Shown: positions 14,131 through 26,894, counted from the whole stretch's first letter. The stretch is 63,137 nucleotides of DNA, filler included, from Octopus bimaculoides (GCF_001194135.2; 11 parts of 10 records of this genome joined end to end with filler, not necessarily neighbours in it); one strand, 5' to 3'. Notes: a model not told the origin generated them from the letters alone. Program-made: numbers and translations.

Positions 14131-14554
14131 GTATTAAAAAGAGTTTTTCATGTCATCCATTTAAGGCAGTGAATTTGCAGACTCGTCGAAACGTTGGAAA
14201 ATTGAAATTCCATGCGGTATCTGTTCCAGCTCTTTCCCGTCTTCGTTCAAATCCCGCAAGTGAACTTTAGCATTATTTTTAGTACTTGTCAAGTATTGAA
14301 GCAAAAAATGCCTTGTGCCAAAATCAGAAACATTTATATCACCGATAAGGGCAGCGGATTTAATGAATTGTTAGAGCATCCGATAAAATGCTTTGCAGTA
14401 TAATAATGTTTTATCGTTCTTAGTTCAAGCCCTACCAAGATCAACTTTGCCTTTCATCCCTTCAATCATGGTCGATAAAATAAAGCAGTAGTATCAATTA
14501 AATAACCCTATCACTAAATTGCAAGCCCAGTGGCTGTTTTAATTATTTATATAA

Positions 14555-16187
14555 CACAAACCAACAAAAAGAATTTTTTCTGTGTTGTCAAAATATTTGG
14601 ACCTGAACTAGGGGTTTTTTGACACAAAATCCAAAAATGACATCCATTTAATAACCACGTCAAAATTTTAAAATGCTGGATCTATAAAATTTCTTTGTTT
14701 TTCCATCTTATGAGGAACAAGGCAAACATACAAGCATATATAAAAATTGGTTTTCAAAACCAGAATGTTTTCTTAAAATTCTGCAGAAAACTAATAAAAA
14801 TCTTAAAATTTCTTCATCATTTTTTATGCCTAATTTCTCATGAATTTGCATTTGGATGAGTGCTGAAACTCAGAACGATTAAGAGCCAAATTCCAGTAAT
14901 GGTTCACCTTCATATGCAAGTCTTATCTGCCTCGATATCTTTGTTCCATTGATTTTATGTCCTGATGGAAACAATCTTTCTGTTCGTCACATGTTTCACC
15001 AAGATTTTCAGGGAATTTATCAAGATCACTGCGGTGATAGCGCAGCATTATGTTCATGTTTACACCTAACTTTTGAAAGGGCTTCAATATGTTGTCGATT
15101 ACTGCAGCAGAGCTGGCTGCTTTCGTGCTGCCCAGAAAATCATTTACAACTGTTGCAAATGAATTTCATGCTGATGCTTCAATGCAATTCAATGAATTTG
15201 AGGCCTGTCAAATACTCCATATTTTATCTTTCCTCTTCTCAGACCGGAAAATGTGCTACAGATATAGTGAAAGCATGGTCCATCTTTACCAGAGCTTTAA
15301 CAAACTGCTTCATAATGCCAAGTTTGATATTGAGTGAAGGTAGGATGATTTTCCCAGTTGAACTAAAGACTCGTCAAGCACATTAAAAAAACCCTGGAAC
15401 TAATGTTCATGCAACTATTTTTTGATCCCCCACTGTTTTTTCCTGACCCTGCTCTACCACATACATGTAAAGCATGGATATTTGGCGCATCCACAAAATT
15501 GACCACCTTAAAGTACATACATATCACATCATACACTGATGACTGTGGTACTTAAGTTTCTCTAGCACTGCTTTCATGTTTTTCTGCTAGTTTTGTAGAG
15601 TGAGTATCTGGAACAGTGCCCAATATCTTTCCATTATGAAGAAGGAAACATTTCAAATTCATTTTTGCGTTATCAATAAAAAATCCCATCCCCCAAAGAA
15701 TTCCTTCTCTCAATGTTTGTGCAATATACTATCTTAGGCGAAGAACAGAAGAAATTCAGCATCACTAATGCGGTAGAAAGTGACTTTGGTTCCTTCTTTA
15801 AGAAGGCTTTTTTCCTTTAATGGAGACCCATGAACTTCCGCAGATTCTTTTAATAAGTGTAGGTTTCTTACCAAGCCATTGAGTTCATTTTGATCAAAAT
15901 AGCTGCGGGTTTGATGAGCTAGTGCCAAAATAATCCGGACCATCTGTGGTTTCCTCTGGCTAGGTTGATACTTCCTGGTCATCAAGCTCGCGAAGATTTC
16001 TATTAAATTTCACAGGGAAACAATGTATTTTCCCGAAAAATGAGGAAAATTGCGATAATTAGTGTCGGGGTATATCTTGAAATTTAGGCGTAATGGTAAA
16101 AATGGGTTCCCTCTTTCGATTCAGCATATCAAAAAACATTCAAATCAGATAAAAACATACTGACAACAAAACACCTGTTGGATTGTG
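14555..16187 (-). mobile_element. Chapaev3-like (CMC superfamily) DNA transposon, internally deleted, both ends intact
   Basis: Termini CACAAACCAACA...TGTTGGATTGTG (11/12 inverted match) are each flanked by TAA. Decayed minus-strand transposase motifs: NELNGLVRNLHLLKESAE..GSPLKEKSLL, FIDNAKMNLKCFLLHNG, KYPCF, LPSLNIKLGIMKQFVKAL, FPENLG...FHQDIK. Confidence 0.8.
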
Positions 16188-16199
16188 TAATACACAAGA

Positions 16200-16545
16200 G
16201 TGGTAGATTGACAGAATCGTTAGAGCATCAGACAAAATGCTTTGTACCTTTCTTTGGTTGTTTTACATCCTGAGTTCAAATCCCGCCAAGGTCAAATTCG
16301 CTTTTCATTCTGTCGTTTGAAAAAATAAAGGATAAAGATCCTATCTTACTTATATAGACTCATAAGGTCGGTTTCCTGGTTTCTTTGTCGCAATATATTC
16401 CCCTATAGACATGACGCTGAGTGGACATGAAATGAAGTTTTTGGCTCAAGAACACAACGCATCTTTCGGTCCAGGAATCGAAACTACAATGTTATGAACA
16501 TGAACCAGTACCCTAACCGTTAAGTCACACGCTTCCACATTCTAT
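16200..16545. mobile_element. SINE B (+, 16200-16330) followed by SINE family C (-, 16355-16545)
   Basis: tRNA-like B box gagttcaaatccc in the first element. The second is homologous to 50340-50555 (ggtccaggaatcgaaactac vs ggtccggaaatcgagaccac). Confidence 0.7.
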
Positions 16546-17659
16546 TGAGGTCGGTAAAATACTATATCTGTCAAGAATAACCCCACTCTCCTTCGAATTT
16601 CTGTCCTAGTGCCTATGCTAGAAACAATTATATATATCATTCTTAATCCCGTAATTAAATGTTAAAAGGAAACGGTATTGCATGTGCGACAACACAATAC
16701 GTGTACACACACACACACACAGACACACACACACACACACACACACAGACACACAGACACACACACACATTATGCATACATAACTACATACATGCGTACA
16801 TACATACGTGTGCGTGTGAGTGATTCGTCATTTCCATACAAAACAATTGGTTTAATTGCAGGTACAAAATGATGAGAAAATATCTTTTTGGTAGGCACAA
16901 TAAAAATATATTAAATTTTAGCTGAATTCGAACTTTCACAATATGAATCTATAAGTTATAACCTTTATACTTCAAAAGCCAGTAATTCCATAAAGTATTA
17001 GTACCATGAATAAAAATATTATCTCATGTGAACGCTTCAAAACACTCCCTAAAGTGGATTTAATTAGTTTAATTTATTTATGGAAATACTTTGGTCAAAA
17101 CTGTTATGGTCAAAACAATGAAAAGAAGAATGCATTTAGTTAAGGCCACGAGAAGCAAAAAAGTAGAAAGAATACTGGTATAATCAATGTTATTACACAA
17201 AGAATAATTAACATTAATATCATAGATGATTTTAGAAGAGAAGTGTAGGTGGCAATACAAGAATTGTGCTCCCTTTAACAGGGAGATACGGAGACTATAA
17301 TAATCTTTTTCCGTATTTGAACACCCATTATTGATCTTAAAAAAGAACAAAAAACGAAGACTTCTTATGGGAAATTACCTATGATCTTGTTTACCATTTT
17401 ACAAGAGAAGCTAATTTTATTACAAACATTTTGTAATAAATGCTTGTTTGGTTTAGTTCTTAACCAGTTAGGCCAAAGAGTTGTTATACTGAAGTATGTT
17501 AGTAAACAAACTATTTTGGACTAAAGAACCTTTACACACACATACACACACGTATGTATATACATATACGCATACATTGATATATACACACATAAACATA
17601 CATATACATACACATGCACGCACGCAGGCGCGCGTGCACTCATAATCGCACCAATAAAC

Positions 17660-19200
17660 ATGTCTTTTTATTGGTATATATTAAATTGTTACGCATGAAA
17701 TATTTTTGTAGCAAAATGAAGGATAATGTTGGATGTTTGATCAAATTATTATAGTTTTGAAGCAATAACCTTTACCCAACGATTCTCTAAAGACAATATG
17801 TCAGCTCTGTGAAATCCATTGTATTTAGTAGTTACAAAACCAGTAAAAGCACTAATTACGGTTTCTCTGTTATTGAATCGTGCTCGAAAAGATGATAATC
17901 TGTTGGGAAAATGTCAGATGAATATGGAGCATACTGCAGTGTCTCATATTTCAACTCTCTCAGAAACCTGAAAAGTAAGATGATTGGATTCTGGAATCAG
18001 CAAAGAACAATATTGGTCCATGCCTGTTGACCAACGGGAGATATTTGATGGTCAATTTTAAATACATTTCAGTCGATAATATAACTAGATGTTATTAGAG
18101 AAGTGAACAGTTCCTTCATATGTCTACCAAACTGTAACACCTTAATCTTATGGGGTGCAACAATGGATTTGGCATATGAATCGGCTATTTAATCTTATCT
18201 AGCTATTCTACTGATCAACTTTGCTATCAAATACGACTGACTTTTCAAAAATCCCTGTCTGATTTAATGATCATCGATAACTAGTCCTCAACATGTTGCT
18301 ATATATAAGTTTCACCCAATTCATTATGGAATCAGTCAACAACTGTTAAACGTTTGCTATTACCAACAGCTGTCGTAATATGACCGATGTGAAAGCGCCA
18401 ACGTCTGTCAGAGATGAAATCGTTGCTTTGGTGTTGTTTTCCATTGCTGTCGACTAAAACTTAATCATTGCTTTCAAATTTTGGCACAATGCAAGTAAGT
18501 CGGGGGAGGGGATAAGTCGATAACAGCGACCCCAGGGCTCAACTGGTGCTTATTTTATCGAGCCCGCAAGGATGAAAGGCAAAGTTGACCTCAGTGGCAT
18601 TTGAACTTAGAATGCTAAGACGGACGAAATGCCGCTAAGTACTTTGTCCGGTGTGCTAACGATTCCGCCAGCACGCTGCCTCACCAAGACTTAATTATTG
18701 ATTTCAGATTCTGGCTCAATGCCAGCAATGTAAGGTGAAGGGAGATAGTCGATTACACCGACCAGAGTGTACAACTGGTAGTTTTATTTTATCAACGTCG
18801 AAAGACCCAAACCAACCTTGGTGGAACTTGAACTCAGATCGTAAGAACGCTCTAAAGGACGTTAAGTACTTTGCCCGGCTCGGTAACTATTTTGCTAGCT
18901 CGCCTTCTTAGACTAAGACTTTATTAAGAACAAGAATGTTCGTTGCTGTTGTTCATACTTCCAGACTAAGCTACGAATTGGTAGCTGTACTGTTCGCTTA
19001 AAACACTATGTTAACACGAGTGTAAGCAATTATACCTCAATTTAAAGTCATACATGAAAATTAGTCTCAGTTCATCAGTTCATGGTCAGGCACCATAGTT
19101 GTTAAGGAATCAAATACTTCCAATAATTGAGTAATTATAGCGACATTTATATTGTATCTGAAAACAAAATGTAATTACATTAGTTACCTTTGAAATTTGT
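17660..19200 (-). mobile_element. Decayed mariner element interrupted by two tandem SINE B copies
   Basis: Minus strand reads LHPHKIK and ETLQYAPYSSDIFPTDYHLF. Same family as the + copies at 12200 and 13130. Confidence 0.75.
18465..18930 (-). mobile_element. Two tandem SINE family B copies nested in the mariner
   Basis: Two successive tttc(a)aatt(t/c)tggc...ttatc...gaactt/c...ctaac...ccagc units. Confidence 0.85.
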
Positions 19201-19258
19201 AAATACACAGACAAAGACCACAACCACACGCATACATACACATACAGATGTATACATG

Positions 19259-19300
<42 letters not shown>

Positions 19301-19309
19301 TATATAACA

Positions 19310-19900
19310 GGAATAACACTCGTGGAAGAACCACTCTCCACAAAGAACAAATCCGCCACCCACATTACAGACAGATACAGGTCAGTGGACACATAGAATG
19401 GTGTGCGAGGAATCTTAATCCTAATTTCCTAATTTTTCCCTTCTATCAATGCTCACAGAACACCTCAACACGACAAAGAATGAATAAAGAGGCAATTTTC
19501 ATCAATAAATACCTTCCTCAACTAAATATGAACACATAACATAATATAGAGCACTAATAATCTTCCATTTAATACCACTAACCCCCCATACATCCCATAC
19601 ACCATTCACATTACAGATCTAAATCTACCTTAATTGCACCAAATCCAGAACTACTTACCTCCCTTACACATAATCTTTTTACTAAGGGACTAATAGACCT
19701 GACACCGTTCAGTATTCGGTGTGTATTCAGAGCAATGATTAGTAATATTACGACACCGGTATGCTTTTGAATCTCTTTAACAACTCACAATAATGACATT
19801 TATTACTTTTATTCCTACCTCAGTTCATCTAATTATATATATCTGTCGTTACTTTTCATAAAAAGCCCTTACTTTTTTTTATTTCCAATGTGCATTTTCG
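19310..19900 (+). mobile_element. Penelope-like element 3' end (GIY-YIG tail plus 3' UTR)
   Basis: TLHKEQIRHPHYRQIQVSGHIEWCARNLNPNFLIFPFYQ...RMNKEAIFINKYLPQLNMN*. Confidence 0.7.
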
Positions 19901-20007
19901 CTTATTTTTCTGCTTACTTTCCGCTTACATTTCCACGTGTAGTTTCTATTTTGTTTTTGTAACATATTTCTATTATATATATACATAATACATATATACA
20001 TACATCT

Positions 20008-20465
20008 TAGGTCTGATCAATAAGTATCCGGACTGTTGCTATAGTGACGAAGCTAAAACACGCAGAATGAATCCACATGATCGTCGCATTGACCATGACA
20101 GAGAAAGTTGTCATGGCGATACCTGCTCAGAGGCCTACACAAAGTTGTAGAAAGTGTATGGAGAGGAGTGTATGAGCTGCACACAAGTGTACTGATGGCT
20201 CAGACGTTTCCAAGATGGCCGAAAATAGCGATAGTGACGAACGTTCGGGGAGACCCGCAAGCAGCAGAATTGAGAAAGATATTGCAGTTGCGCGTATAGC
20301 TGTGTGGAGAAATCGTTGAATCACCATCCGTGAGTTATCAGAGGATGTGCAGATTAGTTGCGGTTCAATTCAGTCCGTTATCACTGAAGATTTGGATATG
20401 AGACTCGTGTCTGCCAAGTTTATACCAAAACTGCTTTCAGCTGACCAAAAAGACACTCGGGTTTC
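20008..20465 (+). mobile_element. Mariner element 5' half (TIR plus N-terminal HTH region)
   Basis: Starts aggtctgatcaataagtatccggact. The decayed peptide VYGEECMS..QVY*W..RFQDG...DERSGRP...ITIRELSEDV.IS.GS...EDL.MR.VSAKFIPKLL is typical of mariner. Confidence 0.85.
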
Positions 20466-20469
20466 TTTT

Positions 20470-20567
20470 TTGCTGAACCACTACGTTACAGGGACATAAA
20501 TACACCAACACCGGTTGTCAAGGGGTTATGGGGAACAAACGCAGACACAAAGACATACACGCATATA

Positions 20568-20602
<35 letters not shown>

Positions 20603-20720
20603 GACAGGCTTCTTTCAGTTTCCGCCTACCAAATTCACTCGCATGGCTTTGGTCGGCCAGAGGCTGTAGTAGAAGGCACTTACCCAAAGTGGTATACAGT
20701 GGAACTGAACCCAGAACCAC
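20470..20720 (-). mobile_element. SINE family A
   Basis: Homologous to 585-945. Confidence 0.85.
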
Positions 20721-20984
20721 GTTTGTTTGTTCTGCTTGAAAATCAAGACGCTGGCACTCGAGAAACTACAACCCCACCCCCCAAAAAAAACGAGAACGTT
20801 GATGCAAAGTGTGAAATGAGAAGACAAAGGATGAATAAAAACGGAAAAAAGGCAAGAAAAGAAAGAAATTTAGTTACGTTCTCTTTGACCGTAGAAGTCA
20901 TACTTAAACTAGTTGTTGTAGAATAATCTAATGGAAAGTGTTTCAAAGTCTGCGAGACAGCTGTTGAATTCGAAGAGGATAGTG

Positions 20985-21300
20985 TCGGCCAGTTTGCTAA
21001 AAACTTCTCCATATGTTTGCGTTTACCGAAAATTTTGGTTCAAGAATTAAGTAGTATTGCGGAATTCATTGCCCTAAAAGAAAGTGCAATCTTCCAGCTA
21101 CGTATAAGTTACATTTCTTAGATCCATTTACATATGGCATGGATTTCTCCACGATTCTCCTCTTGATTGGTCTTCAAATCTCACACGTGACTAGCCATCC
21201 AAGTGGCTTTACTTTTGTCGATGTGCTGGGAAGACTGGTGGTTTGCATAACGTGTTTTAAAATTACCTTCTCATATGCATAAGGCCTATAACATGTACAA
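20985..21300 (-). mobile_element. Penelope GIY-YIG fragment
   Basis: Minus strand reads ..FKTRYANHQSS...PYVNGSKKCNL...KHMEKFLAN. Same family type as 6825-7235. Confidence 0.7.
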
Positions 21301-21304
21301 AGTC

Positions 21305-21560
21305 ACTAATAACCCATATAAAAAGTTGCTGAATGACACCACTTTCACTAAATATAAGTTAACATATTAACGATGAAGTTAAATTATTCTCTAAATGTAG
21401 TAAAATTGGCGATATATTAGAATGCTTAACGAAAAGGGAAGCGTTCATTACTCTGAAAGACCACGAACCTAATTTCAGTAACAAGTCCACTTGTAGCGTT
21501 TGATTTTCAAATAGAATGGAGCCCAAATATTACTTAGAGATACAAGGCACGTTCTAAAAA
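21305..21560 (+). mobile_element. Penelope reverse transcriptase N-terminal fragment
   Basis: INDEVK...LECLTKREAFITLKDHEPNFSNKSTC matches the Penelope AFITLKDHK.NF.N...C motif. Confidence 0.7.
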
Positions 21561-21625
21561 ACTGTCTAACCACGTGTCTTAATGTAGCTCTTATACAGTG
21601 TACATTAAATGGTATGTATACACAC

Positions 21626-21673
<48 letters not shown>

Positions 21674-22542
21674 GAGAGAGAGAGAGAGAGAGAGAGTGAG
21701 AAAAAAAGAGAGGGAAGGAAGAGAGATGCAGAGATATAGAATACCTGACTATTCGATATTGTAAGCACTTCGTAGGCCATACAAATTTATGTATGCTGTT
21801 GTACATTTAAATATTGAAGATTACAACGCATTCTGTATTACCAGATATTAATCAAAACTTGTAATAAATCTCTCGTCCTCAGGACTAATATTTTGCTTCA
21901 TTTCAAGCACAGCGGTGGAGATAGAGCATTTGTGGTATTGAGCACGCTTTCGGTTTTTGCTGTAGTCAAGTCTGCAGAAAACTATAAAATTCTCAAGGTG
22001 AGACGAAAATAAGTGTTTTACTATTAACTGAAGGAAGAAAAATTATGACTAATTAAAGATATATGGACCAAAAGTATATTCACGATTACTTTCCTATAAA
22101 TGTCAGTTATATTTTTATGCCTGCATCTTTGTCGCACAATTTCCTTACTTTAAATTTATTTTTATATATCCAGCTTCTAAATGTCTTGTAAAATGTCATA
22201 TAGAAAATATTTAATCGTATCAACAAATCATACGATTAAATGCGATGAATGTGACGCAGCGAGTATCAAAATAGTAATCTCCATTACACTGAGGAACACA
22301 AGAACGAGATATGCATCTGCTGCGGGCTCTTTTCCAAGAGAAAAATATCGTTGTATAGTATTTAAGTGTGAAAATACCTAAAATGCCTTACACGTTAGAA
22401 CGTACACCAGAGTGAACAAGAGTGTTCGAAGAAACCATACGAGAAGTTCTCTCATGGTAACTATCGCAGTTATTTTGTGTTCTAACACAACATCCATCTT
22501 TAAGTGGTGATAAATATTACCTTTTGGTATATATATATATAT

Positions 22543-22642
22543 NNNNNNNNNNNNNNNNNNNNNNNNNNNNNNNNNNNNNNNNNNNNTTAATTAATTAANN
22601 NNNNNNNNNNNNNNNNNNNNNNNNNNNNNNNNNNNNNNNNNN
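22543..22642. other. Assembly placeholder gap: 44 N + TTAATTAATTAA + 44 N (one of ten)
   Basis: The same 12-mer lies inside N runs at 22587, 25916, 27280, 37220, 42819, 45193, 52596, 55424, 59929 and 61849. It carries stop codons in all six frames. Confidence 0.97.
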
Positions 22643-22706
22643 CCTAACCCTAAAACCCTAACCCTAACTCTAAAACCCGAACCCTAACCCTAAAACCCTA
22701 AACCCT
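22643..22706 (+). repeat. Degenerate telomere-like (CCCTAA)n array
   Basis: cctaaccctaaaaccctaaccctaactctaaaacccgaaccctaaccctaaaaccctaaaccct, directly after a gap. Confidence 0.8.
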
Positions 22707-23099
22707 TACTAGGGAATGATGATATAATTAAACAGGGAATAACATTCTTGACACCGGTAAAAATTATTGTTTATAAAAAGAGCACTAATTGTATTCAGCT
22801 GAATAGACGTCAGTGATTGGTTGAAATTACAGAAATACGACAACTTTAACATGAAATAACTTATTAAGAACTAATTTTTGTTAAGAAGGCTAAGAGAAAA
22901 AGATGTTTTATATGACACATTCTACCAGTATCCCAAGTTTGAAAGTGTTTCGTTAAGAAAACAAGTGTTGCCCGTCAAACCAAAAAGATCCACATTTAGT
23001 ACCAGTTTCAGTCATTGAAACTTTTTCAACTGTAAGTATGGAAAACAATTAAATTTTGGCAAAATTAAAAGTTTTTAAATGAATATTTGCATAGCATTC

Positions 23100-24200
23100 A
23101 AATACAAGGGGCATTTTCCTTGTTTCTGCATGTTGTACGGGTTTGTTGTGCATGGTTGTTTAGTAGATTGTTGGAACGAAAATTTCAACTGATAACTCCT
23201 TATGGGGCGGGGGAGGTTGCAATGTCTATTCTGAGGGTAGTGATTTTTCCTTTCTCTGTTTGAAGTTAGAGTACTCCCGATATTGTATCGCTCATGGCTT
23301 ACAAACTTAGGGTTAGAACTTGTATTCTTTTTTTGGTAGGGATGATGGTTGTGTTTTTTAGATAGGTGTGAATCAGTGTTTGAGTGTTGTTTTAATCTTC
23401 TTATTTTCAGGAAAGAGTTGTTGGAAGCATGCTCCGTTTGAAAGATGGTTTCATAGATTGAGAACCAAGAGGCACTTTTCTCCCAGCATTAGAGGGATTT
23501 CAGTTCTTCTTTATCACAATCCTCTTTCCATAGTATGGAGATCTTCTCTTGGTCAGGGCCTTGGGTCATTTTGATAATTTCTTGGTTGATCTCTTCATTG
23601 ATGGATTTTACTTCATCTTCATTCGTCTGAGCCCTCAATTTTAGAAGTTCTATTTCCATTTTCATTTTCTCCAGTGCCATTCTTTCCCTGAGGCATCTTT
23701 GTGTTTCAGGTTCATCTGTAATAGCTTTGATCTGGAGTTTACGTGGGAGAATTTACGGTGTCTGATTGAGCCATTCGCTTTGTTGTTGGTTTGGATCATC
23801 TTCCAAAAGGCGAACTTTCTATCTCTGAATGATTTGTTCCATTGTGGTACCATGTGATGTTTCATTTGGTATGTTGTGAGAGTATTGATCCCATATGCTG
23901 CCTTGTTTGGAGATCCTTGGTTTGTGTTGTTAGAGAAAAATGTTCTAATTACTTTGCATAAATTTCCAAGGTTTCTGATGATTTTGGAGGTTGTATTTTT
24001 CGTATCAATTTCCTCATTGTTTTCTCGATTGGGTTCATGTGTCGAGTCAAATTTGTTCAAAAGCATTAACAGATCTGTGTTGATTTTCTTGAGTTTTTTC
24101 AGTATTTCTTCATTTATGGTAGTAAGTGTGTCTGTTTTTGTTGGCATTTTCTGTATCTCGTGTGGGGTTATGAAATGTAGAAGGTTGAAAAGGAACACAC
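23100..24200 (-). mobile_element. Decayed retroelement-derived ORF (charged or coiled-coil, family uncertain, possibly Penelope 5' region)
   Basis: Long frameshifted coding-like stretch without splice structure (ORFs 23662-24198 and 23489-23680). It lies among Penelope fragments. Confidence 0.45.
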
Positions 24201-24321
24201 GAGATATGTATAAGGAAAATAAGTCAAGGTAGAAAATGCTAAAATAATTTTATCATAAAAGGCATTTTAGTACACGTTTCATTCATTGAGACTATTTCAA
24301 CTTGTATATATACATATATAC

Positions 24322-24353
<32 letters not shown>

Positions 24354-24356
24354 ATG

Positions 24357-24408
<52 letters not shown>

Positions 24409-24539
24409 TACATACATGTACAAACATGTATATAAGTATATACTGAAAGTAATAGAAATGAAACTAATATATATATAGATACATAATGAAAGTAATCGAA
24501 ATTGAAACCATATAATAGTGAAAGTATTAAGAGATATGT

Positions 24540-25871
24540 TATTGTTTCACTTTTGACACAATACAGAAACAGTTTAAGTGATAAGAGATTGCCCTGGGTT
24601 CGCATTAGGCAAGAAGTTGAACATTTTTTTGGCCCATGACACTGCATGGACTATAAGTAAGGCATGTGTAAAATTTGAATGAAATCAGTTGTATAGTTCT
24701 TGAGTTTTAGTGATGCACACATACATACAGACACACATTCTCAGTTTTATATATACTAGCAGAGATACCTGGTGTTGCCCGTGTTACATGGAATTCAAGA
24801 ATTAGACTTTTCTTTTATATTTTCACTAATGAACTGGAATACCTATGATTTGACTTTCATCAAAATTGTAGATTAAGAATTTTAATGAGGGTTCTTTCCC
24901 ACTTCACACACCCTAACAAAAATTCTAATCACAACAAATTTATCCCATACTACTCATCTTTATGACTAGTTTCCAAAATCCAAATCTTATAAAAGCCTAT
25001 TCAAAGGCTGAACAATGGAGCACATGGAGCTCTAAAATGTGGCAGTTAAGGCCCCTATTAGGGGAGATATCTTAAAGTCAACCATAGAAGTTGAATTGTT
25101 GGGTATCTTTTTTAACTTGTGTCTTATATCTATTGTTCAAATTTCTTTGAATGTTCACTGGGTTTGTAAAAGAGACCAAAGCTACAAGAAACCAAAAGAT
25201 GAATGACCACAATAAGCAGTCAGCTACCCTATCCTAGTTGTTACCACTCCTCATTGTAGGATTCCTCACCATGCAGGTGACCAACACAGCTGTAAGATGC
25301 ATTACAGATCTATAGCAATTGGAAGAGCGTGATCCAACTGAAATAAACATTAAAAACTGTGTGATGTGACGGGTAATGGAAAATGAAAGTGTCACCTCTG
25401 GAGTTTGCCAATGATCACTATGCTAATAGGTAACTGAACAGAATAAATTTGCAATCTATAAATCTCTTTGAATGACCAATCACTTACCTGGAAAGGCCTT
25501 GAAATCAATGTTATCATCTGGGGACTATCTCTGACCCAGTGATAATAAAAAGACTCAAACGAGGTCTGCAACCAAATAACTTTACTCAAAATAACACTAT
25601 GCAACTGAATCACTGGAGGCAAAGATGCTTCTCCTTTACTTAACAATTTATGCACCACATTGCAGAAATTACAATCTAAGTGTATCTCAAAGCAAACCCT
25701 AACACTGTTGTACTATTGAATTACAAATAACGCTCATCTTGTATGCTCGGGTGACTCTAAAGCTTCCAAGACTACAATTGTATTCTTCTTGGCTTAGGAA
25801 ATATGACTAAATTCTGGGTGTCCTTATGTATAGAATATAATTTCCAAATTTCATAAAGATCCATTCAGTAC
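24540..25871 (+). mobile_element. Helitron-like non-autonomous elements (a 3' end followed by a new 5' end)
   Basis: aaatttgaatgaaatcagttgtatagttcttgagtt...tatatatactag is followed by cagagatacctggtgttgcccgtg. A second aaatttcataaagatccattcag motif lies at about 25845. These resemble Helitron/HINE termini. Confidence 0.45.
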
Positions 25872-26293
25872 NNNNNNNNNNNNNNNNNNNNNNNNNNNNN
25901 NNNNNNNNNNNNNNNTTAATTAATTAANNNNNNNNNNNNNNNNNNNNNNNNNNNNNNNNNNNNNNNNNNNNTTAAATTTAAAAGAGAGTTTTGACGCTAA
26001 TATCCATTATTATTGAAATTTTTTCCCATGTCAATATTTCTGTATAAGGCTATATTTGACTGTCAAATTTAAGTCAAACATATAATTTGCCTTACATGTC
26101 TTCAGGGAAAAAAAATTTAGAACAAAGAATTAAGAACAAAAGGTAAATACCAAAACATCGTCTCTACGTCCAGTCCATATTCAAATTTGTCCTTAAATAA
26201 CTTGTTAAATAAGTTCCTCATTGAATAAAGGTCCGTTAAGGGGAGATAACCCCTCCTATATTATCAATAATATTAATAATACCATTAATAAGC

Positions 26294-26715
26294 TATAAAC
26301 AATCCTCTATTACAATGGAAATCTATACTATATTAATTCTAGAGGCTATTGTAAAAACCACAACTGCTATTGGTAAATTATACATTGATATGGCCTGCCT
26401 TAAGACCTAATATTATACTATAATGTACTATAAATTATAAACAATCATCTATTACAATGGAAATCTATACTATATTATTTCTAGAAGCTTTTGCAAAAAG
26501 CACAACTGCTATTGGTAAATTATACATTGATATGGCCTGCCTTAAGACCTAATATACTATAACGTACTATAAATTATAAACAATCCTCTATTATAATGGA
26601 AATCTATACTATATTATTTCTAGAAGCTTTTGCAAAAAGCACAACTGCTATTGGTAAATTATACATAGATATGGCCTGCCTTAAGACCTAATATTATACT
26701 ATAATGTACTATAAT
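26294..26715. repeat. Tandem repeat, 3 copies of about 140 bp
   Basis: Units start with tataaacaatc at 26294, 26436 and 26575 and are highly similar. Confidence 0.95.
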
Positions 26716-26894
26716 ACCTGGTCATATTGCAATTTATTTAAACCAGCGAAATGTGTGTCTTGGAAAATGTGTACATCTTAGAGCATTATTTGTTAGTTTA
26801 TTTATAAACTTACCCTTAGAGAATAATATGAAATATAGTTCTAGATTACATAACGAACACTATCTCCTACCCTTGTCATACGGGAATGACCGAC

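Noticed and set aside
17078-17350. 90-aa ORF with a hydrophobic C-terminal stretch
   Set aside because: No recognisable domain or convincing splice sites. Hydrophobic ORFs arise easily in T-rich DNA.
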